This document shows positions 47,001-55,777 of a stretch of 64,000 nucleotides of DNA, piece after piece. Numbering within the stretch: position 1 is the stretch's first letter; every line of letters starts with the position of its first letter. The notes below the pieces were generated by a model. That model did no database searches and was not told the DNA's origin. It saw only the letters and a program-made list of their open reading frames with translations. The translations under genes were made by a program, and so were the position numbers. This DNA comes from a virus. The stretch is from positions 1 through 64,000 of the IMG/VR virus record IMGVR_UViG_3300049740_002873. One strand, given 5' to 3'.

Positions 47001-50000
47001 ACCCGAGGATAATTATCAGAATAATGGTTGGTATAACTCGATTGATAGTCTTACTAATACTCTTAACTATCCTGCTGACGGCAATAAGCATATTTGGCAA
47101 ATTAGGGGTAGTATTAGTGATGGTGGTAGTAATGCTGAGGAGTGGCAATTTGATGATACTATTACAAAATTATCAAGTCAAGAATCTATAGAAGTAAAAG
47201 TTTTTTATACTCAAGATTTGGGTGGCAGTCCAATGGATACCACAGAATTGGGTAATAAGATAAATGCTCTTGATAATATTGATGAATTAACTCTAAACAA
47301 TGACACCTGGACATTGACAGGTTTTGATACTCTGCGGCAGAACGACGATAATTGGTATTTTGATTTAAACCCGACAAGTGTTAACACTAAGTACAGTAGA
47401 ACATATATGTCTACGGTTGTTTTTTCTAAACCAAATTTAGATTCAAATACATACTATCGAGTTGGCGATTGGTCTCCGTTAAGTTTATTTGTTTCTGATG
47501 GAAGATATATATTGCCAGAAGTTACTGTACGAACTATAAATGATGATCAAGATGCAGAAGTTATACAAGATGTATTGCGGATTCCGACGGATGAAAATAA
47601 TAATAATTTATATGATCATGATATACTACCAATAACACTTAAAATACCTAAAGGTAAGCGTGGACCTGGAACAACTTTTAGAGGTAAATTTTTAGATAGT
47701 AATGGAAAAGTTAAAGAAAAACCTTACGTAGGTGGACCTGATGACCCGATTCGTGACGTTGTTGAGCATAATGGTTCTTATTACGTATGTATTCAGAGCT
47801 ATAACGCTACAGAATCTAGTAAGACCCCTGATGAGGATACTAATTATTGGCAATCCATTCCTCATTTTGAGTCAATTTCTACAGGTTTACTTTTGGCCGA
47901 AAGGTCTTTTGTTACAGATAAACTTGAGATTGGCGACGAAGATGACGATGGAGGATTGATAAAATCTGTTGGTTTTCGCGGAGGATTAATTACAACTGAG
48001 AGCCAGATGGATTGGATAGGTTATTATAGCTTGGCGAAAGGGTATAATTTGAGCCTTCTCGACGGCACAAAGAATGTCTATAGTGAAAATTATAACACTC
48101 CAGGTTTCTTGCTTGCTAATATAAGGATTGCGGACAGCTCAAACTTGCCAGAAAATGGAGAGATGCATTCTTTCTTTGATGTCGGGGGTCCAGATCAAAT
48201 AAATAAATTATTGGTTGACTCTGGTAAAAGTGACCCAGGAAACTCTTCGTATATTAGATATAGTTCTATGACCGGCAAAATAGAGCTTGCTGGGTCATTT
48301 ATAAATAATTCAACATTAAATGAAACCGCAGTTTTTGAAGCTGCAGACGATGGACAATTAATAGACAGTAATTGGGTTCTGGATGAATATGGAAGTTTTA
48401 TAGGCGGTGGATACAATAATGAATTATCCGGTGATACTGGAGAAATGTATATACTAAATATTCCTGGCAATCTGTGCGACTCGATGATGACCTCTGGTGG
48501 TAGAAATGTTTATGATTATGGATTTGAACCGTACGAACAATGGAAACTCAATCATTGGCAATGGGCTCCAGTGAGTCGTGTTTGGTTACGTAATAGTGAT
48601 GGTACTTATGGTAGGCGTTTTACCAAAGATGATATATTTTATAACAATATAATCATTACAAAAGAGGAATACGATGCGCTAAGTTATTCGACAGGTTTTT
48701 CTTGGTATAGCGGTTGGGGTAGTGATGGATGGAGGGTCTATTTTGGTAAAGAGCATTTTATACAATGGGTAAATGGTAGACCCGCTTTTGTAAATACAGG
48801 CTCTTCTATAGTTGCTGGAGCGGGTAATGAAATAAAAGGTAGATTTTCTACAATATCTGGTGGATACAAGTCTTTATGTAAGGATAATTTCTCATTTATA
48901 GGAGCTGGTTATAAAAATGAAATGTCCGTAGATGAATCGGAATTAATTTATCATAGTGTTGGAATACCTCCATATGAATACGACAAATCTTTTACGCAAA
49001 TTAGGACTGTATATGAATACTCTAGGGCCTACGCTCAAGATCTTGCATACTTAGATTATTACGACAACGTTAGTTTTGAGGCAATTTCTGCAGAAACATT
49101 CTCGTCTGGTTATTTTACATATTTTTATAAGCCAGCGTATTTTGAGGGAGATCCTGATGGAGAAAGTCACGTCTGGACTGGTAGTTGGTCAAGTATATAC
49201 CGCACAGCCGCTCAGTGGATTTGGGGAAAATACTTCAACGTTTCTAATCCAGCTGGGGCACAAAATTCTAAAGAACAGTATCAAAATTATCCAAGGGGTA
49301 ATGTTTATCTTTTTAAAACCTTAGACGATCCTATGCTTGATGATACTTCGGATGATTTTAAGTTTGTAGACAGTAATCAATATCCGGATTTACAACTAAT
49401 TCATGGAACTGAAGTGTATCAACTTTCGCCTCAAGGCGATGAATACTATGATGAATCGACTCTTATTTCTTCTTTTTTAGATAGATGTCTACAGCCAGGT
49501 AGGCGGGCAGAATTAATTCAAGATATGGGTGGGGGTATAGAAAATATGTATTTTACTATAAGGGAAGTCTACAGTCAGGGGGATTCAGATACTTGGTATT
49601 ATTACACTACTCAAATGGGAAAAGCAGTAAGCTCTGCCTACCTTATACCTTTACAGAAAATTGGTGATACGTATTCAGTTAGAAAAGTAAATGGTAAAAC
49701 TAAAAGATATCAACTTGAATCTCATTCCGAGCTTAAATCAAGGGGTTATAGAGTAAGAGACGGGCACTCAAGGTTTAAAGCTTATGAAGATTATACTTCA
49801 GGAAAAACCTTGAAAGAGATAACTGTAAATCAAGACTTTGGTAAGTTTAGACTACCTTATGAAGAAATATATACTAATCAATCATATATCACTAGACAAT
49901 TAGAGTTAGGGACATTAACTCTAGAGCAGGAAGACTTTGAAAAGCTTCCTAAGTATACTTCATTAGATTATTGGGGCAATTTATATTTAGGGCGAGATTT

Positions 50001-50646
50001 TTTTGAAATTAGAGATTTTGGTTACGGACTTTCTGGGTCTCATCAAGGAGTTAATTTCATGGGTTCCGGAATAAATAACAAAATTGAAGGGGGCTCTAAT
50101 CAAACCATATTAAATGGCAATAATAATAAAATCGAAAGCAAGGTTGGAATTTTTGCTCCTAAATTTGATAATTTAAACTCTTGGACTAATAAGAATATTT
50201 TAGGGACTTACGATAGTGACAATATAGTCTCCAATGGAAAGTTTGAATCTTTTTTTGGTAGATTAGATGTCGCAGATTTTCAAGCAGGAGTTCCAACTAA
50301 TCGAGTAGTAAGTAACTTAAATCTCAGCGCATGGGTTCGTCTTGATTATATAGGAGATAAGAATTATAGTATATTTAGTTTTGATCCAGAAACAAGAATC
50401 TCTAAAATTGAGGATGAACACGGATTAAATGACCCTAATTCTGAGAATTATTTAGAGGGAAGATGGGTATATTTAGCTCGAGACTATGATTTTTTATATC
50501 TAGATAAACCTATAAAATCGATGTGGGTGTATCTATCTGATATAAGTTCTGTAGGAAAAAATCCAACGCACGAGGGTTGGTGTATCATTTATCGAAATAA
50601 TAGCTATAATGCAAGAAAAAATATTACGTTTGCATATACCAAATAA
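41083..50646 (+). CDS. Giant tail fibre/receptor-binding protein (continuation of J)
   Basis: FN3-like units (VRAVDKGGNKS), many CBM5/12-like repeats (Y..GD.V.Y.G..Y.C), DGAITNAKIGSLSADKITAG, short collagen-like GPQGQQGETG, S.I.GG..N beta-helix repeats. Confidence 0.85.
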   Translation: MKRTSILVSFNINDLQASYEAVVSSKDYSFTKNFGKGSDLVSLVGHNFSQNISLEGNYGNFQVRIYAISSIGVRSDYISENVTVVPPEFYGTFQFSELVNNVGANVSNASNSYTIINSPEDFSSGNSLEISDGVYDKNVSLSWSLNPPFGHVLHGQNLTDALLGDTFFDHFKIKIIKSGNEIDLSFFDENGAEISALANSLSVSNSSVIDKLNNYKEFNLNLSDEVFNALNLGRSFSVEIQAFDSKGNDCSASIDFSSTPPVINSLTNNIVGNKSTLTWDYSGITVGKSNSIRVISMPLSSYLKDSEDFEENFSFFSLVANAKKYKNISGNTYAVGDVVSYNGYVYECISQHSSSSSTRPGNNSIWTQIGPEGVYNVSQQTSSSNSYEQFQDWGYKYYYSLTPSDIIGEGDSVEYRIAGDLAASSSSVSIQNGLAYEDRGDIVFSWDIQDNNGNDVDLDQYRFSSNPNFPPAILGISGHLFDLDMWRNYSKEVIIKQLNDGRNSVSTNADGELSAAPSVGVYDRYEYNISENRNIYTSRGFPAYEVFNYEKIYNQGQYVIVLDQEGLYYAARDTLNSDSNGKSIYVKPYYSEFNIEDNYKSGDCIVENNSIYELKQDFGIDSSKGVFRYDSNYDVGDYVIASNNFVQKFDAAKGYEVDEIVTFEGNFYICITAQLIYAEDINNRNYWALLSEFDEIECSLYVATNAVSSNANYPSQDSVNWQKIQLNNENYFSLIIEPYPMQGFSDWSSSVVYEEGDVVVYKNDTWVCASRNSGQKPGRRKMYWSNSAPDGVDLVEGFGYKEGDLVYANGSVYECLRDNPLCAPLRLENTDARSSYSQVGWKPFWVQDETYNDVVFGHMAIPEGGKRGVGLSLSILDINEEPISSVRITGVNPAPVISNQDFEIDSISVTERVKFNFKYLLGFQERTTFLELYRKPAQDWIDDDYTFEIRDKKNFVKRVEANVDDAYGENIVEIEDFPPIEVDSNGKKIAAGYVYKLLPYDDFGSGQQHFVSSDNGDKIISVFPKNLSNQEEGAPNGPVIRASQGIANLGAVPFPVDNLSGSTAFETFLLNWETRDNDIDFFELWQEKSDSNEGALIIQEGESTPEFLSQEKNQEGFRRFAGALYSIGDTVPTEQTEFSVINAEKIFDIPGNTRTVSTSVAGDANSSANFWVRAVDKGGNKSPFTGSFLGDSSSNILGLSLTAGGFDPQSIDGFESSITEKFPKSIALVPDNPFIAGDRNAWSSHKLFWRGGEYNISEYDNTDFSAEYSEGYVYWRTGDNAYGFSESHPANNSDLEFEDGDFIVARYSKDEEGALHVSTQFVAYNTASIGTANIVDGAITNAKIGSLSADKITAGLINSQDIQIGGTGAIRSVGFNGSETDSGFTLNGDGEFIFQKVIGNQVSKIFFGEEGLVIQGKLKSTSGKTTEIIRGSASTESLKYYPITEPIHHPDGYNSIIMEDELTFYPFWHEKITDTTTEYAKATAPTIEFTFRIQNSTLRPEDIRFNVFAVKDGDTVQIVGDEHHGGHGYDIYGFKFDLNNNSGDDIVIDEDSMIVKCTLDGGYVKDHDVWSKALAPQYYPHSYGFDYMIKFAFTSDLPGGWLYDNGLEGKYFAEDQIADGVLVQYTSISGSGTEQVIVRRTADAVAGPQGQQGETGASVDFWFTRSHSLPSFVDSGENPGDEWYTDFSKLSDTIKAFSTINPKTGELINSNYIKWLEGNSNIQVNLSDIGFNYYEIPDVLNPKLEDSWGQSPGEVVINSVVQSSNGDIVITFATANGGPVYGMGYLQFDLIAKGSLYSLKAQSTGNTDEFNFSNLQQIEGDAIAEIAVHRVYNEGEFDGLPIDVQKVLRAITFNFRENKLNLNEDGKLYDASGSFSEFSNSDKAALEAELEEWTTDQPSLNPGQELRSALLLFAGSKVDSKSTPLNPDPISIDIRQTREILTIQEIFFKASPTKPSDEHATPNTSPEGGGLNVPEDNYQNNGWYNSIDSLTNTLNYPADGNKHIWQIRGSISDGGSNAEEWQFDDTITKLSSQESIEVKVFYTQDLGGSPMDTTELGNKINALDNIDELTLNNDTWTLTGFDTLRQNDDNWYFDLNPTSVNTKYSRTYMSTVVFSKPNLDSNTYYRVGDWSPLSLFVSDGRYILPEVTVRTINDDQDAEVIQDVLRIPTDENNNNLYDHDILPITLKIPKGKRGPGTTFRGKFLDSNGKVKEKPYVGGPDDPIRDVVEHNGSYYVCIQSYNATESSKTPDEDTNYWQSIPHFESISTGLLLAERSFVTDKLEIGDEDDDGGLIKSVGFRGGLITTESQMDWIGYYSLAKGYNLSLLDGTKNVYSENYNTPGFLLANIRIADSSNLPENGEMHSFFDVGGPDQINKLLVDSGKSDPGNSSYIRYSSMTGKIELAGSFINNSTLNETAVFEAADDGQLIDSNWVLDEYGSFIGGGYNNELSGDTGEMYILNIPGNLCDSMMTSGGRNVYDYGFEPYEQWKLNHWQWAPVSRVWLRNSDGTYGRRFTKDDIFYNNIIITKEEYDALSYSTGFSWYSGWGSDGWRVYFGKEHFIQWVNGRPAFVNTGSSIVAGAGNEIKGRFSTISGGYKSLCKDNFSFIGAGYKNEMSVDESELIYHSVGIPPYEYDKSFTQIRTVYEYSRAYAQDLAYLDYYDNVSFEAISAETFSSGYFTYFYKPAYFEGDPDGESHVWTGSWSSIYRTAAQWIWGKYFNVSNPAGAQNSKEQYQNYPRGNVYLFKTLDDPMLDDTSDDFKFVDSNQYPDLQLIHGTEVYQLSPQGDEYYDESTLISSFLDRCLQPGRRAELIQDMGGGIENMYFTIREVYSQGDSDTWYYYTTQMGKAVSSAYLIPLQKIGDTYSVRKVNGKTKRYQLESHSELKSRGYRVRDGHSRFKAYEDYTSGKTLKEITVNQDFGKFRLPYEEIYTNQSYITRQLELGTLTLEQEDFEKLPKYTSLDYWGNLYLGRDFFEIRDFGYGLSGSHQGVNFMGSGINNKIEGGSNQTILNGNNNKIESKVGIFAPKFDNLNSWTNKNILGTYDSDNIVSNGKFESFFGRLDVADFQAGVPTNRVVSNLNLSAWVRLDYIGDKNYSIFSFDPETRISKIEDEHGLNDPNSENYLEGRWVYLARDYDFLYLDKPIKSMWVYLSDISSVGKNPTHEGWCIIYRNNSYNARKNITFAYTK

Positions 50647-50661
50647 AGTTAATTTAAAATT

Positions 50662-51900
50662 ATGAATTTAAACCCCCCAAATTTAAGTAATAGTTATGGC
50701 AGAGACTTTACTTCTCCTTTGAATAATAATGGTTTTAATGAATATTATAATGAAAATAATTTGATACTTGCTGGTAACGATAATGAAATATTCAATTCTC
50801 GATCCTGTTCAGTTATTCATGGTAATGGTAATTTAATATCGAATAAATATAATTGTCATGTAATTGGAGATTATTTAGGTAAAGAAAATATAACCGATCT
50901 GGAAGACGGTTCGTTTAATGTTGGTTGTTATAATGGTATTAATTCATGGGGAAAAATAACTGCAAAAAGAGGTGGCGCAGAAATAAACGGAGCGTTGCTT
51001 TTGTCGGAAACTAATTTAGCTGATGGATTTGCTAGTATAGAATTTAAAAATGATAGAGATGTCGCTTCTTCTAGAATATCTCTTGGAAAAGATGAAACGC
51101 AACTAAATTATGATTCATTTGCTCAATGGGCACAATTTAATTTGGGTTTTGTGGGTTTCGATGGTGCTAGTGGTTGGTATTCTTCCGGCTGGTTTCTGAG
51201 CAATAGTTGGGAAGCTTTTGTAGACTCTCGGGAAAATAATCCAGATAGTGGAGATGTATCATTTGGGGCTAATTTAAATAGCTGGATTTACTTAAATTTA
51301 CACGAAAATAATAAATTTTATGATTTTAAAAGAAATGTGGTTGATAGTACTCCGAGTATCTTTTTGGCGTACGTAAATGTATCTCAGAAAGAATCTAATA
51401 ACTCATTTTGGGCTTATCTTGGTGATAATGATCCGGAAACAGATGCAACCTGGGAATATGAAGATAAATGGGTTTGGTTTTCTCAAGGAACTTTTCCTTT
51501 TGCTTATGTTCACCCAACCGGAAGTTGGATATACTTTTATCAAGACGAAGATAATCAAAACTATGTTCCTACTTTTGATAATATATCAAATCTTAGTATT
51601 AATACATTACACACTATTGAGACTATTGGTGGTAGCAGTGACATTATTATTGATTCGCAACAAGATGAAACCGCTGCAAACTTAATAGTTGAAGGTAAAA
51701 CAAAATCTATCCAAGGCTTTGTTGTTGGCTCAAAAGAACAAAATAGTGAGGTTACATGGACTAGCGGAAAGGGCCCTCCCACTAGTAGCGGACAACCAAT
51801 AGAAGTCCAACAAGCTAGTAAGGGTTCTCTTTATACTGATATTAATGGTAGTAATGGTAATGTGCTTTGGGTTAAAGAGAGTAGTTGGGTTCCTAAATAA
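50662..51900 (+). CDS. Tail fibre-associated protein with Trp/Tyr-rich domain
   Basis: G..N.I repeats, GWYSSGWF...WVWFSQGTFPFAY...WIYF, C-terminal GSLYTD...LWVKE. Confidence 0.7.
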   Translation: MNLNPPNLSNSYGRDFTSPLNNNGFNEYYNENNLILAGNDNEIFNSRSCSVIHGNGNLISNKYNCHVIGDYLGKENITDLEDGSFNVGCYNGINSWGKITAKRGGAEINGALLLSETNLADGFASIEFKNDRDVASSRISLGKDETQLNYDSFAQWAQFNLGFVGFDGASGWYSSGWFLSNSWEAFVDSRENNPDSGDVSFGANLNSWIYLNLHENNKFYDFKRNVVDSTPSIFLAYVNVSQKESNNSFWAYLGDNDPETDATWEYEDKWVWFSQGTFPFAYVHPTGSWIYFYQDEDNQNYVPTFDNISNLSINTLHTIETIGGSSDIIIDSQQDETAANLIVEGKTKSIQGFVVGSKEQNSEVTWTSGKGPPTSSGQPIEVQQASKGSLYTDINGSNGNVLWVKESSWVPK

Positions 51901-51901
51901 T

Positions 51902-52741
51902 TTAAGAATTTATTGCTCTCATTAATATTCTAGCTTCGGTCGCAGGAATATCTTCAAAGTTCATCCAATTTTTAACGTTTTCGTTTTTATATTTACCATT
52001 ACTCCACCAGTCTCGCAATATAACTTTAAATTCTTCAAAGTTACCACAGTTTAATTTATCTTTAGCCATATTCTGAATCATTGAGTGGGGTGTCAAAGAG
52101 GGACTCATGGAGCTTTGCTGCGGAGAGTTTTTATCTGACTTATCGATCTCATCATCACCAACGATATGTACGTTTAGAAAATTTCTTACAGCTCTAACAA
52201 AAGCTCTATTACACGCAATGGTTTCAAGGAACTTAGTCGCAAAACTGCTTGTGTTATTTAGCGTAGCATTAGCCATGTCTTGATAAACGACTGGTTTGCC
52301 GCCTGTTTCGTAATTTGGTAAAAAGGTTACATTGCATATCACAGCGACATGATCCTGCTCGCATTTAACTACTTCATAATTAACATTAGAAAAGCCTCTA
52401 AGCTTTGCTAATTCTTTTATTCCAGATAATTTAATTAATAATTGATGATCTTTTAATCCTTCTATACTTCTGGGTACATCTTTTTTTCTTAAATCAAACC
52501 AAGATTTATTTGGAAATAAATGTTCATCTTTTATCATTGATCTCCAATTGACTGATCCATCTGTATCGAATATATAATCTACTTCGTCTAATAAGCCAAA
52601 TTCATTCCTGTTGAATTTACCAGGTCCGTCTTTATAATTTTTTTGAAATTTTTGAGTTTTTTTTGTTTCCATAATATCTTCCACTGCACAATCTGCTGTG
52701 ATTGTAACAGAATTATCTGTTGCTGTTATTGTTTTATTCAT
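51902..52741 (-). CDS. Putative single-strand annealing protein (Rad52/Sak-like)
   Basis: LSGIKELA...A.A...ETIACNRAFVRAVRNFL......DEI plus C-terminal helical domain. Confidence 0.55.
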   Translation of the reverse strand: MNKTITATDNSVTITADCAVEDIMETKKTQKFQKNYKDGPGKFNRNEFGLLDEVDYIFDTDGSVNWRSMIKDEHLFPNKSWFDLRKKDVPRSIEGLKDHQLLIKLSGIKELAKLRGFSNVNYEVVKCEQDHVAVICNVTFLPNYETGGKPVVYQDMANATLNNTSSFATKFLETIACNRAFVRAVRNFLNVHIVGDDEIDKSDKNSPQQSSMSPSLTPHSMIQNMAKDKLNCGNFEEFKVILRDWWSNGKYKNENVKNWMNFEDIPATEARILMRAINS

Positions 52742-53882
52742 TGTATAACATAAAGCTCTCTGATTCTTCCCAGAAATCGGGCGAATCTATCATTGTGTCT
52801 TGATCGATTAAGTTTTGCTTCCACGCTGCTTTACTTCTATATATTTTGTTATTTGATACTAATATTTGAGAGCTTTTGTATTTCGTATTATTGCATATTT
52901 TTTCGTGGTTGTCAATATCTTTTTTACTTCTAGGGGTAATTAGAAAAACTTCCCAGTCAAAAAAGTTGATTCTTAATTTACTTAGGTTTTCAGAATCTTT
53001 AGTGATTAGTTTTAATGGTATACCTAGATTTGATATTTCGCTAAAATAATTTTCATCATCATCTAAACTAACATAAAAATTTATTTGATTAATATTATGT
53101 TTTACTAGCTCTAGTAATTTTATATTGATTTGTTTATTTAAAAATAGATTTACTTTTCTTTCGTTTGCTATTTTAATAATATTTGTTTCATCGAAATATT
53201 CATGCCCCATAATGTTTCCAGGTTTATTGTCAAACTGTTTTCCGTCAATTACTGTATCTGGTATAATGCATAAAGATGTTGAACTATAATTTCTTCCAGT
53301 ATAAATTGTGGAAATTTTTTCAAGATCATTTTTTATTTCGAGTAAATCTAGAATAGATTTAGCAATCTTTTCGGGTTTTATTTTGTTTATATTATCGATA
53401 TATTCTGACACAAGAAGATTTGGCTTGAAGTTTTCTTGTTCTGTATTTAGACAAATTTGATTATCAGGAGAACCCCAGAAGGGTTTTACATAGTTACTAT
53501 GCATGCTTCCATGAATAGAAACTATTTTTTTGTCTTCGCTAGAAGCCACATTAAGCAAGAAGGATTCTGGGCCGAAGAATAAACTACAACCTTCAATCAA
53601 GTAGGCTTGTTGCCTTAGCGATGCGTCGCTAATTTGATCGCAACCTTCTATAGTCCAATCCGGTGAATCGCCGAGTAATAAAACTTTTATATTCTCCTTT
53701 TTTAGGTAAGGATTAATAAAATCTATTACATCTTGATAGTAATGATAAAACTTAAATTTGTCTCCATGGCAGGCATGTAGTACAATATATTTTTCACTAC
53801 AATACGGATAGTAGTTTTTTTCTATATGAGGTGAATCTATTTTCACTCCACATGTTAAAGCGTACTGTTCTATTTTGTGCAT
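52734..53882 (-). CDS. GT9 (heptosyltransferase-like) glycosyltransferase
   Basis: YIVLH, SLRQQAYLIEGCSLFFGPES..L.VA...K.IVSIHG, INKIKPE. Confidence 0.75.
   Translation of the reverse strand: MHKIEQYALTCGVKIDSPHIEKNYYPYCSEKYIVLHACHGDKFKFYHYYQDVIDFINPYLKKENIKVLLLGDSPDWTIEGCDQISDASLRQQAYLIEGCSLFFGPESFLLNVASSEDKKIVSIHGSMHSNYVKPFWGSPDNQICLNTEQENFKPNLLVSEYIDNINKIKPEKIAKSILDLLEIKNDLEKISTIYTGRNYSSTSLCIIPDTVIDGKQFDNKPGNIMGHEYFDETNIIKIANERKVNLFLNKQINIKLLELVKHNINQINFYVSLDDDENYFSEISNLGIPLKLITKDSENLSKLRINFFDWEVFLITPRSKKDIDNHEKICNNTKYKSSQILVSNNKIYRSKAAWKQNLIDQDTMIDSPDFWEESESFMLYNE
52887..52915 (-). promoter_or_regulatory. Internal sigma70-type promoter upstream of the annealing-protein gene
   Basis: TTGACA-17nt-(TG.)AATAAT inside the GT9 3' end. 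Confidence 0.5.
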
Positions 53883-55777
53883 AGATCGAATTGAATTTTA
53901 TCTTTATTGTTTCTTGTTAAGAAATTATTTAAAGTATTTAATATGCAGGGTTGAAAAACCATCTCAAAATAACCGTCATGCTCTCCATAACCTTCCATTA
54001 ATGGGAGATCGTTCATTGATTCGTGGAATGGTATACATTTGTGCACATATGGATTTCCATCTAGTATTTCGAAAAATTTAGTTTTTGTTGCTACATAGAT
54101 ATTGTGATCTGGATAGAGCTCGTTTAAGTTTTTAAATAAAGATGTAACAAGAAATACATCTTCTTCTGATGTGGGGACGTTTATTAGTATCCTTTTTCCT
54201 TTGTCGTCCGACAATAAGTCTTCAAGGTTTACTTTTTTGTTTTCACTATTTTCTTTTGATGCAACCTTCTTGAAGTACCTTAATACATCATCTCTTTTTA
54301 AGTCTGTTTTTAGTCTTTTTATCCAGTGATTATAACCTTCGTCATATTGGTCTACTCTTTTTTTTAGTATATGTTTATATATATCTATTATGAATTCACT
54401 GTCAGTAAGATTTTCTGGAGGGTTGTATTCGGGATTTCTTTCTTCTGATGTAAAATCAAAGTCCCATTCACAGTGTGGCATGTTGTCAATTATTTCTTCA
54501 AGCTTTTCACCTACAACCTTTATACTGTAATTTTTCAAAACAAAGTCTCTAGATTTTTTCCCTATTTCCTTTCGCTTGGATTGTTGCATATTGAATACTT
54601 TATTTAATTGATTTGATATGCTATTCGGGTCTGTGCTGGCTTTAATAAATTGAGTTCCTTGCTCTCTATACTCTGTCCATTTTAAGGGTAAGCTACCACT
54701 ACCTTCTACGCAAGAATCTTCGCCGCAACTATAGTTGGTTACTAATGTTATTAGTTCCGCAAGTTTGGCTTCTTGTATTGGAATTTCTTGACCTCCGCTT
54801 GTGAATGGGTGGCAATATACGTCCATAAGATTGTAGATTTCATTAAGCTGTTGCTCTGAGGCCCCTACGCTTGTGTTTGGTGTTATTTGCGAACTTTTAG
54901 AGCCGCAAAAACTACAATCTACGTCTTCGGATTTAAAAGGTTTGATTTCATAGGATTTGCAATTTTTGCATATATGTGTTGTTAATACTGTATTGGGGTC
55001 TATAGAGTGTTCACTCATTAGTCTTTTAATGTCCCACCCTTCAGTCCAGTTTGTGTGAAATAAAAGTTTTGCTTTTGAGTTTGGGTTTTGTCTTAAAAAT
55101 TTATTGAATCCCTGTAATAAATTGGGAACGCTTTTTCTAAGTTGATTTCTGAAGACGAAGCCTATTATAAATTCGTCATCTCGCAAGCCTTGTTTTTTTC
55201 TTAATTCACTTCTTTCCTTATCGCTTAAACGAAAAAAATGTTTCGTATCAATAGCTCCCCTTAGTGTTTTTACATGATCGTACCCCATCTTGTTTAATGA
55301 CTTTTGCGCAAAAGAAGCCCACGTATAATAGTTTTTGATATTAGGGGCAGACCTTACTGCTTCAGGTAATATAGGTAAGCTATCTAAAGTAGTCCATATC
55401 ATAGAGTTAACTTTATTCCACCATATTTTATCTGTATATCCACTAAACGCCCATATATCTTCTATGCCAATATACACATCCGGTTTTTCTGCCTCTATTA
55501 CTTTATCAATCATCTCCGATCCGTAATGAGCGCTCCGTGCCATAGACGGATCTTTGCTTAGTGTTTCTATTAATTTCGGGTCATTGGGTAATGACCCTAT
55601 ACATTTCCAGGGCAGTTGTTTTAAGCTAGGGTCTGCCCATTTTTTACCATTAGAAAATTCTACTATTTCATATTTACCTGTTTTATGTAAATGTATTAAA
55701 ATATTTTTAGCGTTTTTACCGAAGCCAGTTAAGGCTTTACAGTGATTGCTGTGGATTAATACTTTCTTTTTTTGCAT
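53870..55777 (-). CDS. GT4 glycosyltransferase with Zn ribbon, DUF4214-like helical domain and GT9-like C-terminus
   Basis: TGFG, RNQLRK, CKNC...CSFC, IYNLMDVYCHP.TSGGQEIPIQEA, IYKHILKKRVD..G..HW, EILDGNPYV. Confidence 0.85.
   Translation of the reverse strand: MQKKKVLIHSNHCKALTGFGKNAKNILIHLHKTGKYEIVEFSNGKKWADPSLKQLPWKCIGSLPNDPKLIETLSKDPSMARSAHYGSEMIDKVIEAEKPDVYIGIEDIWAFSGYTDKIWWNKVNSMIWTTLDSLPILPEAVRSAPNIKNYYTWASFAQKSLNKMGYDHVKTLRGAIDTKHFFRLSDKERSELRKKQGLRDDEFIIGFVFRNQLRKSVPNLLQGFNKFLRQNPNSKAKLLFHTNWTEGWDIKRLMSEHSIDPNTVLTTHICKNCKSYEIKPFKSEDVDCSFCGSKSSQITPNTSVGASEQQLNEIYNLMDVYCHPFTSGGQEIPIQEAKLAELITLVTNYSCGEDSCVEGSGSLPLKWTEYREQGTQFIKASTDPNSISNQLNKVFNMQQSKRKEIGKKSRDFVLKNYSIKVVGEKLEEIIDNMPHCEWDFDFTSEERNPEYNPPENLTDSEFIIDIYKHILKKRVDQYDEGYNHWIKRLKTDLKRDDVLRYFKKVASKENSENKKVNLEDLLSDDKGKRILINVPTSEEDVFLVTSLFKNLNELYPDHNIYVATKTKFFEILDGNPYVHKCIPFHESMNDLPLMEGYGEHDGYFEMVFQPCILNTLNNFLTRNNKDKIQFDLCTK

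Noticed and set aside
41083-51900. Diversity-generating retroelement acting on the fibres
   Set aside because: No reverse transcriptase and no near-identical TR/VR pair noticed. A self dot-plot would be needed to exclude it fully.
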